A DNA stretch of 64,000 bases from Solirubrobacterales bacterium (GCA_035296705.1 DATHAL010000041.1:16238-80237); one strand, 5' to 3'; numbered from the stretch's first letter, positions 1 through 9,613 are shown. Numbers and translations: made by a program. Notes: generated from the sequence alone by a model not told the origin.

Positions 1-147
1 GATTCCGACCACGCCCACGATCACCGCCCAGATGAGCTGGAACTCGAACTCGGCGCCGGCCTGAGTCGTGAACACGAGGTCGCCGATGTCGACGAAGCCG
101 CCGATCGCGGCGAGGATCCCGAGCGCGACCTGGACGAGCTTCTTCAC
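1..147 (-). CDS. Nramp-family divalent metal transporter, N-terminal fragment (gene runs off the left edge)
   Basis: Not in ORF track (under 60 aa inside the window). The reverse strand from GTG at 147 reads VKKLVQVALGILAAIGGFVDIGDLVFTTQAGAEFEFQLIWAVIVGVVGI. This resembles (from memory) N-termini of actinobacterial Nramp/MntH-like transporters. GTGA overlap with the stop of the upstream ORF. Confidence 0.5.
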   Translation of the reverse strand, partial: MKKLVQVALGILAAIGGFVDIGDLVFTTQAGAEFEFQLIWAVIVGVVGI

Positions 148-578
148 AGCGACCCCGCGAGCGAATCGGCCTGGTCGGAGAGGTCGCGGAGCCGGGTCGC
201 GATCCCGGCCGCCTGCGTGGCGTCGTCGGGTGCCTGCTCGAGCTCGCCGATCTCGTCGGAGATGCGGCCGGCGAGATCGATCGCCCGCTGCGTCGGCTCG
301 CCGAGCCCGTCAGCCGGATGCGCGTCCGTGAGCCGCTCGGCGCTGTGCTCGGCGGCGTCGGCGAGCTCCCTGCTCTGGACGCGGGCAAAGGTTCGCTTCG
401 TGCTCTGCCGCGCGACCTGGTCGGCCAGAACCGACCCCTCCGCAGAGACGGAGCCGATCGTCTCGACCTCCCGTTGAAGCTCGTCCGGGCCGAGCGGCTC
501 GCAGGCTGAGAGAAGGAGCGCCGCGGCGCAGCCGACGGCGCAGACGAGGCGCCGAGTGGTGAAGGCCAGCTGCGCCAT
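144..578 (-). CDS. putative secreted lipoprotein, unknown function
   Basis: ORF track 144 aa. N-terminal hydrophobic stretch ends in lipobox-like LLLSAC. Normal amino-acid composition, unlike the Arg/Pro-rich shadow ORFs overlapping it. Confidence 0.6.
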   Translation of the reverse strand: MAQLAFTTRRLVCAVGCAAALLLSACEPLGPDELQREVETIGSVSAEGSVLADQVARQSTKRTFARVQSRELADAAEHSAERLTDAHPADGLGEPTQRAIDLAGRISDEIGELEQAPDDATQAAGIATRLRDLSDQADSLAGSL

Positions 579-672
579 GGCGATTAGCTCCGTCTATACC
601 CGGGAAGTCGCATTCGTGCGCGTGAAAGCCGCCCCCGGGCGAACTCCAACCTCATAGACTCAAATGACGTAG

Positions 673-3600
673 ATGGCAGACGGCATCGTCGAAGTTCAGA
701 TGCCCCAGATGGGGGAGTCGGTCACCGAGGGCACAATCCTCGAATGGCACGTCTCCGAGGGCGAGCAGGTCGCCGAGGGCGACACCGTCGTCGAGGTCTC
801 CACCGACAAGATCGACGCCGAGGTGCCCGCTCCGGCGAGCGGCGTGGTCACGAAGCTCCTCGCGAACCCGGACGACACCGTCGAGGTCGGGCAGGCCCTC
901 GCGCAGATCGACCCGAACGGCGCCGCGACCGCGCCGTCGGCCGGTAACGGCGCCTCCGCCGACCCGTCACCGCTCGAGGAGACCAAGGGCGGCCTCGTGA
1001 TGGGCGGCGGCGAGGGCGACGCGGACCTCGGCGATCAGACGGCCGGCTCCGAGGCTCCTCAGCCGGGGGTGATCGAAGAGCCCAGACCCTCGGCCGGCCC
1101 GTCCGCTCCCGAGGGCGAGACGGTCGTTCTGGCGATGCCGGAGATGGGCGAGTCGGTGACCGAGGGCACGGTGCTCGAGTGGCACGTCTCCGAAGGCCAG
1201 CAGGTCGCCGAGGGCGACACGGTGGTCGAGGTCTCGACGGACAAGATCGACGCCGAGGTCCCCGCGCCCGCCTCGGGGACGATCGCGAAGCTGCTCGTCC
1301 AGCCCGACGACACGGTCCAGGTCGGGCAGGCGCTCGCGGAGATCGTCGCCGGCCAGGGAGCCGCACCCGCCACCGACGCCGCTCCCGCTGAATCAGCGGC
1401 TGGCGCCGCTCCAGCTCCGTCTTCGCCCGAGGCCGGCAACGGCGCCGCCGCCTCGCCGATCGCCCGGCGGGTCGCGGCCGCGAAGGGCGTCGACCTCTCG
1501 GGCCTCAGCGGCAGCGGGCTCGGCGGCAAGATCGTGAAGGCGGACGTGCTCGCGGCGGCCGACGGCGAGACGGCGGCCCCCACGGTGGCTGCGGCCGAGG
1601 CCGGCGAGGCGAAGCCGCTTCGCGGGCCGGCCGGAACGCTCGCCCGGCTCATGAACCAGAGCCGCGAGATGCCGACCGCGACCTCCTTCCGGACGCTCCC
1701 GGTCGACACGCTCGACGCGAAGCGAAGGGCGATCAACGCGGAGCTTGAGCAGCGCGGGATGAAGGTCTCCTTCACGCACCTGATCGCGTGGGCGATCGTC
1801 AGGGCGGTCGAGGAGTGGCCGGTGATGGGGCGCACCTACGAGGAGCGCGACGGCAAGGCGTTCGTGGTCGAGCCCGCGCACGTCAACCTCGGGATCGCGG
1901 TCGACGTCCAGCGCAAGGACGGCTCGCGCAGCCTCATGGTGCCGTGCATCAACGCCGCGGAGACGCTCGACTTCGCCTCCTTCCACGCCTACTACGAGGA
2001 CCTGATCACGAAGACGCGCGAGAACGCGCTCTCGGCGGACGACTTCCAGGGCACCAACGTCACGCTCACGAACCCGGGCGGGCTCGGCACCGTCGCCTCC
2101 GTCCCGCGGCTGATGCCCGGGCAGGGCACGATCGTCGCCTGCGGCTCGCTCGCCTACCCCGTCGAGTGGGCGCACACGCCCGCGGACAAGATCAGGGCGC
2201 TGGGGATCTCGAAGGTGATGACGACCACCTCGACGTACGACCACCGGATCATCCAGGGGGCCGAGTCCGGCTCGTTCCTGCGCCGCCTCGACCAGCTCCT
2301 CCAAGGCGAGGACGGCTTCTACGAGTCGGTCGCACAGGCGCTCGGGGTGCCGGAGAGCGTGGTCACGAAGGCCCACCCGGCCTCCGCCTCAGCACCGCCG
2401 CTCGGCGCCGCGCCACGCCCGCAGGCCGCGGTCACCGCCGAGCCCGACCTCGACCTGCTCCAGGCGGTGCAGGCGGCGACCTCGCTGCTCAAGGCATATC
2501 GGACCCACGGGCACCTGGCCGCAAACGTCAACCCGCTGGGCGGCGAGCCGAAGGGCGATCCGGCGCTCGATCCAGAGAACGTGAACCTGACGCCGGAGCT
2601 GATGTCGAAGATCCCGGCCTCGATCCTGCGGATCGGCGTCGAGGGCGAGACCCTGCTCGACGCGCTCCCGCGGATGCGCCAGGCCTACTGCGGGACGATC
2701 GCCTACCAGGTCGAGCACCTCTCCTCCCACCAGCAGCGGGTCTGGCTGCGGGAGATGATCGAGACGGGCTGGCACCGGGCGCCGCTCGCCCCGGACGAAA
2801 AGCAGGCGCTGCTCTCGCGGCTGATCGAGGTCTTTCAGTTCGAGCGCTTCCTGCAGAAGGCCTACCTGGGCCAGAAGATGTTCTCGATCGAGGGGCTCGA
2901 CTCGACCGTGCCGATGCTCGACGAGATCGCGATGCTGGCACGCCAGAACGGCGCCGAGGAGGTCGTGATCGGGATGGCCCATAGGGGCCGACTGGCCGTG
3001 CTTGCGCACAACCTCGGCCGCTCCGTCGAGTCGATCCTCGCCGAGTTCGAGGGCGCGAAGGCGCTCGACCAGGTGAAGGCGATCGCGGCGATCCCGCACT
3101 CGGGCACGGGCGACGTCAAGTACCACCACGGCGCCGAGGGACTCTTCACCACGCGCGACGACGAGCAGGTGAAGATGCGCCTGTATCCGAACCCGAGCCA
3201 CCTCGAGTTCGTCGACCCGGTCGTCACCGGCGGCGCGCGGGCCGCGCAGACCGAGCATTCCGGCCCGCAGCTCCACCACAACCCGCACGTCGCGGTGCCG
3301 GTGCTGCTCCACGGCGACGCCGCCTTCCCCGGCCAGGGGGTCGTCGCCGAGACGCTCAACCTCCAGTCGCTGAAGGGCTACTCGACCGGCGGGACGATCC
3401 ACCTGATCACCGACAACCAGGTCGGGTTCACGACCGATCCGAGCGAGGAGCGCTCGACGCCGTACGCAGGCGACATGGCGAAGGGCTTCAACTGTCCGAT
3501 CATCCACGTGAACGCCGACGACGTCGAGGCATGCATCTCCGCCGTGCGCCTCGCGATGTCCTACCGCGAGCAGTGGGGCCGCGACGTCGTCATCGACCTG

Positions 3601-5058
3601 ATCGGCTACCGCCGCTACGGCCACAACGAGACCGACGAGGCTGCGTACACGCAGCCGCGCATGGCGACGCAGATCAAGGACCACCCGCCGGTGTCGCAGA
3701 TCTACGCGCAGCAGCTAGTCCACGAGGGCGTGATCAGCGCCGAGGAGGTCGAGCAGCAGGGGCGCGGGCGGCTCGAGTGGCTGCAGTCCCAGCTCCACGA
3801 CCTGCGCGCGAAGATGGAGGCGGGCGAGTACGAGGACCCGAGCTCCACGGCGCTCGGAACCGGCGAGCTCGATCGCAGGAAGAGCCCCGAGGTGGAGACC
3901 GCCGTCTCCGAGAAGCGCCTCCGGTCGCTGAACCAGGAGCTCCTGCGCGTTCCCGACAGCTTCACGGTCCACCGCAAGCTCCGCAAGCCGCTGCTCTCTC
4001 GAATCGAAAGGCTCGAGTCGGGCGAGGTGGAGTTCGGCCACGCCGAGGCTCTCGCCTTCGCGTCGCTGCTCACCGAGGGGACCCACATCCGCCTCACCGG
4101 CCAGGACACCGAGCGCGGCACGTTCTCCCATCGCCACCTCGCGCTCCACGACGAGAATACGGGCCTCAGGTACGTCCCGATCCAGAACCTGCCTGGCGCG
4201 CTGGCGCCGATGGAGCTCCACAACAGCCCGCTCTCGGAGGCCGCGTGCCTGGGCTTCGAGTACGGCTACTCGGCGGCCTCGCCCGAGAGCCTGATCCTGT
4301 GGGAGGCGCAGTTCGGCGACTTCGCGAACGCGGCACAGGTGATCATCGACAGCTTCATCGCCTCCGGCGAGTCGAAGTGGGGACAGACGACCCGCCTCAC
4401 CCTGCTCCTCCCCCACGGCTACGAGGGCGGCGGTCCGGAGCACTCGAGCGCCCGCATCGAGCGCTTCATCCAGCTCGGCTCCGAGGGAAACATCCGGCTC
4501 GCGAACCCGACGACGGCGGCGCAGTACTTCCACCTGCTCCGCCGCCAGGCGCGGATCGCGAAACCGCGACCGCTGGTCGTGTTCACGCCGAAGGGGCTCC
4601 TGCGGCTGCGCGCCGCGGCCTCGTCGCTCGAGGACCTGACGACCGGGCAGTTCGGTCTCGTGCTCGACGACCCGCGCGCACAGGGGCGCCACGAGGAGAT
4701 CGACCGACTCGTGCTCTGCAGCGGCAAGGTGTTCTACGACATCGACCAGCACGACCGCCGCGAGCGCGCCAGCTCCGCGTCGGTCGCGCGGGTCGAGCTC
4801 CTCTACCCGTTCGCGCGCAACGAGATCCAGGAGCTGATCGCCTCCTACCCGAACCTGAAGAAGGTCGTCTGGGCTCAGGAGGAGCCGAAGAACATGGGCG
4901 CCTGGAGCGTCATGGCGCGCCGGCTGCCCGCGCTTCTGCCCGACGGCGCCCAGCTGCAGTACGTCGGCCGCCCGCAGCGCTCGAGTCCCAGCGAGGGCTA
5001 CCCGGCCGCGCACCGCCTCGAGCAGGAGCGCATCGTGCTCACCGCGCTGGAGGGGTAG
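673..5058 (+). CDS. kgd: multifunctional 2-oxoglutarate dehydrogenase: E2o part (two lipoyl domains + peripheral-subunit-binding domain + succinyltransferase core) fused to E1o (TPP-dependent) part
   Basis: 1461-aa ORF. Two lipoyl domains with the STDKIDAEV lipoyl-lysine motif. PSBD-like SPIARRVAAAKGVDLSGLSGSGLGGKIVKADV. Acyltransferase core with STYDHRIIQGAESG. Long SucA/Kgd-type E1o region through to the C-terminus (YQVEHL, HGDAAFPGQGVV, GYRRYGHNE, WEAQFGDFANAAQ). Confidence 0.95.
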   Translation: MADGIVEVQMPQMGESVTEGTILEWHVSEGEQVAEGDTVVEVSTDKIDAEVPAPASGVVTKLLANPDDTVEVGQALAQIDPNGAATAPSAGNGASADPSPLEETKGGLVMGGGEGDADLGDQTAGSEAPQPGVIEEPRPSAGPSAPEGETVVLAMPEMGESVTEGTVLEWHVSEGQQVAEGDTVVEVSTDKIDAEVPAPASGTIAKLLVQPDDTVQVGQALAEIVAGQGAAPATDAAPAESAAGAAPAPSSPEAGNGAAASPIARRVAAAKGVDLSGLSGSGLGGKIVKADVLAAADGETAAPTVAAAEAGEAKPLRGPAGTLARLMNQSREMPTATSFRTLPVDTLDAKRRAINAELEQRGMKVSFTHLIAWAIVRAVEEWPVMGRTYEERDGKAFVVEPAHVNLGIAVDVQRKDGSRSLMVPCINAAETLDFASFHAYYEDLITKTRENALSADDFQGTNVTLTNPGGLGTVASVPRLMPGQGTIVACGSLAYPVEWAHTPADKIRALGISKVMTTTSTYDHRIIQGAESGSFLRRLDQLLQGEDGFYESVAQALGVPESVVTKAHPASASAPPLGAAPRPQAAVTAEPDLDLLQAVQAATSLLKAYRTHGHLAANVNPLGGEPKGDPALDPENVNLTPELMSKIPASILRIGVEGETLLDALPRMRQAYCGTIAYQVEHLSSHQQRVWLREMIETGWHRAPLAPDEKQALLSRLIEVFQFERFLQKAYLGQKMFSIEGLDSTVPMLDEIAMLARQNGAEEVVIGMAHRGRLAVLAHNLGRSVESILAEFEGAKALDQVKAIAAIPHSGTGDVKYHHGAEGLFTTRDDEQVKMRLYPNPSHLEFVDPVVTGGARAAQTEHSGPQLHHNPHVAVPVLLHGDAAFPGQGVVAETLNLQSLKGYSTGGTIHLITDNQVGFTTDPSEERSTPYAGDMAKGFNCPIIHVNADDVEACISAVRLAMSYREQWGRDVVIDLIGYRRYGHNETDEAAYTQPRMATQIKDHPPVSQIYAQQLVHEGVISAEEVEQQGRGRLEWLQSQLHDLRAKMEAGEYEDPSSTALGTGELDRRKSPEVETAVSEKRLRSLNQELLRVPDSFTVHRKLRKPLLSRIERLESGEVEFGHAEALAFASLLTEGTHIRLTGQDTERGTFSHRHLALHDENTGLRYVPIQNLPGALAPMELHNSPLSEAACLGFEYGYSAASPESLILWEAQFGDFANAAQVIIDSFIASGESKWGQTTRLTLLLPHGYEGGGPEHSSARIERFIQLGSEGNIRLANPTTAAQYFHLLRRQARIAKPRPLVVFTPKGLLRLRAAASSLEDLTTGQFGLVLDDPRAQGRHEEIDRLVLCSGKVFYDIDQHDRRERASSASVARVELLYPFARNEIQELIASYPNLKKVVWAQEEPKNMGAWSVMARRLPALLPDGAQLQYVGRPQRSSPSEGYPAAHRLEQERIVLTALEG
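694..1344 (+). repeat. intragenic tandem duplication encoding the two lipoyl domains (about 694-909 and 1126-1344)
   Basis: Both copies encode MGESVTEGT(I/V)LEWHVSEG(E/Q)QVAEGDTVVEVSTDKIDAEVPAPASG...GQALA(Q/E)I. The nucleotide sequences are visibly alignable. Confidence 0.85.
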
Positions 5059-5064
5059 CCGGCC

Positions 5065-5089
5065 CGCCCCCGGCCCCTGCGCGGGGGCG
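5065..5089 (+). terminator. GC-rich hairpin just after the kgd stop (terminator-like, no U-tract)
   Basis: CGCCCCC (5065-5071) pairs with GGGGGCG (5083-5089) around an 11-nt loop, 7 nt after the TAG at 5056-5058. Confidence 0.35.
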
Positions 5090-5120
5090 AATCACCGTCG
5101 AGTGCCACATCGACCACCCA

Positions 5121-6052
5121 GTGGGTGGTCAGCGCGTCACTCGACTACGGACCGAGCGGCTTCGGGCAGCCCAAAACACTCGGGCGATCGCTGCGCGCCA
5201 ACACGGCGTAGTGACCCGGCGCCAGTTGCTCGACGCCGGAATGACGGTCCGCGAGATCGAGCGGCGGCTCGAGCGTGGAGAGCTCAGCCGCTTGCACGCC
5301 GGCGTCTACCTCCTCGGGGGATGGGTCACGCAGCACACGCGCGAGGCTGCGGCCGTCCTGGCCTGCGGTCCGGGGACGGCGGTGAGCCACATATCCGCGG
5401 CGTACCTGCGGGCCTTCCTGCCGTACCCAGAGCGAGAGGTCCCAACTCATGTCACCGTTCGTAGCCGGAATTCCGGGCCTCGACGCGGCGCAGTCGTCCA
5501 CCGAACCCGCCGCCTGGAGGCCGACGAAATCGGCCACCGTTTCGGCATCCCGGTCACCTCGCCCGCCCGGACGCTCATCGATCTGGCGTCCTGCGCCTCG
5601 CGAGACGCACTCGAGCGGGCGCTCGCCGAGGCCTTCGCCCTACGACTCACCGATCGCGCTCGGATGCTCGCCGCGCTCGAACGTGCCGGGCGCAAGCGCG
5701 GTACTGCGACGCTCCGGGAGCTGCTCGACGCGCGGCGCGCACCCGCGCGCCTTCGCTCACCGGCCGAGCGCGAATGCTCGAGCTGATCCGGGCGGCTGGG
5801 CTGCCGGAGCCGGAGGTGAATGCGCGGGTTGGCAGGTGGGAGGTGGACTTCTTCTGGCCCCAGCACGGCCTCGTCGTCGAGGTCGACGGCTACGGAGCGC
5901 ACTCCTCACCAACCGCGTTCGAGCGCGACCGGATCAAGGCGGCCGAGCTAGAAGATGCGGGGCTCACGATTCGCCGCGTCAGCGACCGGCAGCTCGGCCG
6001 CGACGCGAGCGCCGTGGCTCGGCGGCTAAGGCGCGACCTGGGGCTCGGCTAG
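5121..6052 (+). pseudogene. DUF559 / AbiEi-N-like endonuclease-fold protein, interrupted by a frameshift near 5770-5776
   Basis: Frame A (GTG 5121 to stop 5786) gives ...HGVVTRRQLLDAGMTVREIERRLERGELSRLHAGVYLLG...TRRLEADEI...PVTSPARTLIDLA...RSPAERE. Frame B (5774-6052) continues MLELIRAAGLPEPEVNARVGRWEVDFFWPQHGLVVEVDGYGAHSS...DRIKAAELEDAGLTIRRV. Joined, the two halves make a typical full-length DUF559 protein. Confidence 0.75.
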
Positions 6053-6096
6053 AAGCCGGCGATCGCGGCGTGCGCGCTTCGCTATCAATCGGTCCG

Positions 6097-6426
6097 ATGA
6101 GCGCCGAGGATTCCGCAGTTCTGAGGGCCCCGGTGCCCGGGCCGATGTTCGTCTGTGTGAAGCGGGCGTCCTACGTCGAGCTCGCGTTGTTCGCGGCCCT
6201 GATCGTCGTCTGGCTCGCGCCCGGCCTCGACGGACCAACGGCCGTGCTCGGGCTCTCGCACGGGATCGGGTTCGTCGCCTTGGCGCTCCTGATCTGGCTC
6301 GCGGTCCTGCGCCACGAGGCTCCGTACACGTTGCTCGCCGCGACGCTCACGCCCGTCGGGCCGGTCGGCAGCGTGATCGCGATCCGTTACATCGAGCGTG
6401 GGGCGCCGATCCCGCCGTCTAAATAG
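6097..6426 (+). CDS. small integral membrane protein (DUF3817-like)
   Basis: ATG at 6097 lies inside the long ORF 5449..6426. MSAEDSAVLRAP...YVELALFAALIVVWLAPGL...GLSHGIGFVALALLIWLAVL...LLAATLTPVGPVGSVIAIRYIER has 3 predicted TM helices. Family assignment is from memory. Confidence 0.7.
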   Translation: MSAEDSAVLRAPVPGPMFVCVKRASYVELALFAALIVVWLAPGLDGPTAVLGLSHGIGFVALALLIWLAVLRHEAPYTLLAATLTPVGPVGSVIAIRYIERGAPIPPSK

Positions 6427-6428
6427 AC

Positions 6429-6465
6429 GGGGCGGGACCGCGAAGGGGGTCACGCGGCCCGCCCC
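6429..6465. repeat. GC-rich hairpin element, copy 1 (also a likely terminator of the DUF3817-like gene)
   Basis: GGGGCGGGaCCGCG-aagggggtca-CGCGGCCCGCCCC, starting 3 nt after the TAG at 6424-6426. Its loop and stem resemble the copy at 6604-6656. Confidence 0.5.
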
Positions 6466-6603
6466 ACGGCGAATTCCCCTTGACTTCTCCCCTTTGGTTT
6501 TGCCCTGTACCCGTTCGAAGGAGCCTGAGTCATTCGATCGTAGGGGGGAAGCAATTTCGTTGCGCCGGCTTGGCACAAGCTTCACCCTCCCGGCGACGTA
6601 ATT

Positions 6604-6656
6604 GGCGGGGCGGGGCCGCGGGAGGCAGGGGGTCCACACGGCCCGCGCCACCGCCA
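6604..6656. repeat. GC-rich hairpin element, copy 2
   Basis: TGGCGGGGCGGGGCCGCGGGAGGCAGGGGGTCCACACGGCCCGCGCCACCGCCA. It aligns with copy 1 (shared GGGGCGGG.CCGCG...GGGGGTC.AC.CGGCCCGC.CCAC), same orientation, about 175 nt downstream. Confidence 0.45.
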
Positions 6657-6668
6657 GCGCGTCGGTAG

Positions 6669-6748
6669 CCAGGGAGGGATGCCGACGCGATCGTCCCCGG
6701 AGGCGGGACTAGCCGGGGACGAGTCTTGAAGATTCTCCCTCCCGCTGG
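6669..6748 (-). terminator. nested stem-loop downstream of acnA (candidate terminator structure)
   Basis: Inner perfect 9-bp stem CGTCCCCGG (6692-6700) / CCGGGGACG (6713-6721). Outer helix CCAGGGAGGGA (6669-6679) / TCCCTCCCGCTGG (6736-6748). Lies about 60 nt past the acnA stop on the minus strand. No U-tract. Confidence 0.3.
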
Positions 6749-6811
6749 GCGAGTCCCATTCTGCCCCATCGCGCAACGCGGTGTCAACCGCGACGCGATG
6801 CCGGATTCCGA

Positions 6812-9613
6812 CTAGGCGTCGCGCAGGTCGCGCAGCACGCGGTGCAGGATGCCGCCGTTCTGGAAATAGCGGACCTCGTTCGGCGTGTCGAGACGCACTC
6901 GTGCCTCGAACTCGACCGGATCTGAGCCGTCGCGCGAAGCCTTCACCGCCACCGTCCGCGCCTCCCTCTGCTCGAGGTCGCCGACGTCGAACGTCTCCTC
7001 GCCGCTCAGCCCGAGCGACGCGGCCGACTCACCCTCCGGGAACTGGAGCGGCACGACGCCCATCCCGATCAGGTTCGAGCGGTGGATGCGCTCGAAGCTC
7101 TCTGCGAGCACCGCGCGCACACCGAGCAGCGCCGTTCCCTTCGCCGCCCAGTCGCGGGAGGAGCCGGAACCGTACTCCTTGCCGGCCAGGACGACGAGTG
7201 GCAGGCCCTCGTCCGCGTAGTTCATCGCCGCCTCGTAGATGGTGGTCTCCTCGCCGTCCGGGAAGTGGCGGGTGAAGCCGCCCTCGCGATCGACCAGCTG
7301 GTTGCGTAGGCGGACGTTGGCGAACGTGCCGCGGATCATCACCTCGTGGTTTCCGCGGCGCGAGCCATAGGAGTTGAAGTCGCGAGGCTCGACCCCATTG
7401 TCGATCAACCACCGGCCGGCGGGGCTGTCCTTCTTGATCGCGCCCGCCGGAGAGATGTGGTCCGTGGTGACGCTGTCGCCGAGCACGGCCAGGACCCGCG
7501 CGCCGGTGATCGGCTCGATCGGCTCCGGCTCGGCGTCCATGCCCTCGAAGAAGCTGGGCTTGCGGACGTATGTGGAGTCGGGCCACGTGTAGCGGTCGCC
7601 CTCGGGTGTGTCGAGCTCGCGCCAGCGGTCGTCGCCGGTGAAGACGTCGGCGTAGGACCTCTCGAACATGTCCTGCCGCACCGCGTCGGCGATCGTCTGC
7701 TTGACCTCCTCCGAGCTCGGCCAGAGGTCGGACAAAAAGACATCGTTGCCGTCTGAGTCGGTGCCGAGCGGCTCGCGCGTCAGGTCGACGTCCATCCGCC
7801 CGGCGAGCGCGTAGGCGACGCACAGCGGCGGCGACGCGAGGTAGTTGTTGCGCACGTCCTGCTGGATCCGGCCCTCGAAGTTTCGGTTGCCCGAGAGCAC
7901 GGAGCAGACGACAAGCTCCTGCGCGTTGACCGCCTCGGAGATCGCCTCCGGCAGCGGCCCCGAGTTGCCGATGCACGTCGTGCAGCCGTACCCGACGAGG
8001 TTGAAGCCGAGTTGATCGAGGGCCTCGTCGAGGCCGGACTGCTTCAGGTAGTCGGTGACGACGGTCGATCCGGGGGCGAGCGAGGTCTTCACCCACGGCT
8101 TCGAGCTCAGCCCGCGCTCGACCGCCTTCTTCGCCAGCAGGCCGGCGCCGATCATGACCGAGGGGTTCGACGTGTTGGTGCAGCTCGTAATCGCGGCGAT
8201 CACGACCCGGCCGTGGTCGAGCTCGACGTCCTCGCCGTCCTCGAGCGTCACCGGCACCGGTTCCGCCTTGCGTTCCTCGACCACCGTGCCGCCCGCGCGG
8301 CGCGGCTTCCCGCGCTCGTCGTTGTGATCCTCGCCGGGCGGGTCGGAGGCGGGGAAGGTGCCGGCGATCGCCTCGTCGTAGCCGTTGCCGAGGCTCTGCG
8401 CGGCCTCCGGGTCAAACTCCTTGAGCGACTCGAGGAAGGCGGCCTTGGCATCCGAGAGCGCGATCCGGTCCTGCGGGCGCTTCGGGCCGGCGATCGACGG
8501 CTGCACGGAGGAGAGGTCGAGCTCGAGCGTCTCGGAGAAGGTGGGGTCCTCGGACTCCGAGTCGTGGAAGGTCCCCTGCTCGCGCGAGTAGGCGTCGACC
8601 AGCTCGATCAGCTCGGTCGGCCTACCCGTGAACTCGAGGTAGCGGAGCGTCTCGCGATCGACCGGAAAGATCGCGCAGGTGCAGCCGAACTCCGGCGACA
8701 TGTTGCCGATCGTCGCCCGGTCGGCGAGTCCGAGCGTGTGCAGGCCAGGGCCGAAGAACTCGACGAACTTGCCGACGACGCCGCGCTCGCGCAGCATCTC
8801 GGTGACGGTGAGGACGAGGTCGGTGGCGGTCGATCCCTCCGGCAGCTCCTCGGAGAGCTTGAAGCCGACCACCTGCGGCAACAGCATCGAGATCGGCTGG
8901 CCGAGCATCGCCGCCTCCGCCTCGATCCCTCCGACGCCCCAGCCGAGGACGCCGAGGCCATTGATCATCGTCGTGTGGGAGTCGGTGCCGACAAGCGTGT
9001 CGGGATAGGCCTGCGTGATGCCGTCGACCTCGCGCCGGAACACCACCTGGCCGAGGTACTCGAGGTTCACCTGGTGGCAGATCCCGGTCGCCGGCGGGAC
9101 GACGCGGAAGTTGTCGAACGCCTGCTGGCCCCAGCGCAAGAACGCGTAGCGCTCGCGGTTGCGCTCGTAGTCACGGTCGGCGTTGATATCGAAGGCGCGC
9201 GGGTTGCCGAACGCGTCGACCTGCACGGAGTGGTCGATGATCAGGTCGACGGGGACGAGCGGGTTGATCTTCGCCGGGTCGGATCCGAGCTCGTCGATCG
9301 CGTCGCGCATCGCGGCCAGGTCGACGATCGCCGGGACGCCGGTGAAGTCCTGCATCAGCACCCGGGCGGGCTGGAACGGGATCTCCTCGGACGGCTCTGC
9401 GCCCGCGTCCCACGACGCAATGGTCTCGACGTCCTGCGCCGTCACCGACTCGCCGTCCTCGAGCCGCAGCGCATTCTCGAGCAGCACCTTGAGCGAGTAG
9501 GGAAGCCTTGCCGTGTCGAATCGCTCCTGCAGGGCGTCGAGGCGGTGGATCTCGTACTCGCGACCCGCGACCTCCAGGGTGCTCTTGGCATTAAAGGAAC
9601 CGCTCATACCCAT
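6812..9613 (-). CDS. acnA: aconitate hydratase A
   Basis: 933-aa ORF. Typical AcnA/IRP-type sequence throughout ([84 protein letters not shown]). Confidence 0.97.
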   Translation of the reverse strand: MGMSGSFNAKSTLEVAGREYEIHRLDALQERFDTARLPYSLKVLLENALRLEDGESVTAQDVETIASWDAGAEPSEEIPFQPARVLMQDFTGVPAIVDLAAMRDAIDELGSDPAKINPLVPVDLIIDHSVQVDAFGNPRAFDINADRDYERNRERYAFLRWGQQAFDNFRVVPPATGICHQVNLEYLGQVVFRREVDGITQAYPDTLVGTDSHTTMINGLGVLGWGVGGIEAEAAMLGQPISMLLPQVVGFKLSEELPEGSTATDLVLTVTEMLRERGVVGKFVEFFGPGLHTLGLADRATIGNMSPEFGCTCAIFPVDRETLRYLEFTGRPTELIELVDAYSREQGTFHDSESEDPTFSETLELDLSSVQPSIAGPKRPQDRIALSDAKAAFLESLKEFDPEAAQSLGNGYDEAIAGTFPASDPPGEDHNDERGKPRRAGGTVVEERKAEPVPVTLEDGEDVELDHGRVVIAAITSCTNTSNPSVMIGAGLLAKKAVERGLSSKPWVKTSLAPGSTVVTDYLKQSGLDEALDQLGFNLVGYGCTTCIGNSGPLPEAISEAVNAQELVVCSVLSGNRNFEGRIQQDVRNNYLASPPLCVAYALAGRMDVDLTREPLGTDSDGNDVFLSDLWPSSEEVKQTIADAVRQDMFERSYADVFTGDDRWRELDTPEGDRYTWPDSTYVRKPSFFEGMDAEPEPIEPITGARVLAVLGDSVTTDHISPAGAIKKDSPAGRWLIDNGVEPRDFNSYGSRRGNHEVMIRGTFANVRLRNQLVDREGGFTRHFPDGEETTIYEAAMNYADEGLPLVVLAGKEYGSGSSRDWAAKGTALLGVRAVLAESFERIHRSNLIGMGVVPLQFPEGESAASLGLSGEETFDVGDLEQREARTVAVKASRDGSDPVEFEARVRLDTPNEVRYFQNGGILHRVLRDLRDA

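Noticed and set aside
694-1344. The about 215-bp tandem repeat inside kgd as a mobile or minisatellite element.
   Set aside because: Both copies are in frame and encode complete lipoyl domains with the conserved lipoyl-lysine, so this is an ordinary domain duplication.
6429-6656. CRISPR array formed by the two similar GC-rich hairpins.
   Set aside because: There are only two imperfect copies, about 175 nt apart and of unequal length, with no regular repeat-spacer periodicity and no cas genes in the window.
6427-6811. tmRNA, RNase P RNA, SRP RNA or a tRNA in the long convergent spacer.
   Set aside because: None of the hallmark strings I know are present on either strand (GGGGCUGA...UCCACCA tRNA-like end, GAGGAAAGUCCGG, the SRP GGAAG/AGCA domain IV motif, GGUUCGAAUCC T-arm). 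The region is kept only as an unexplained structured spacer.
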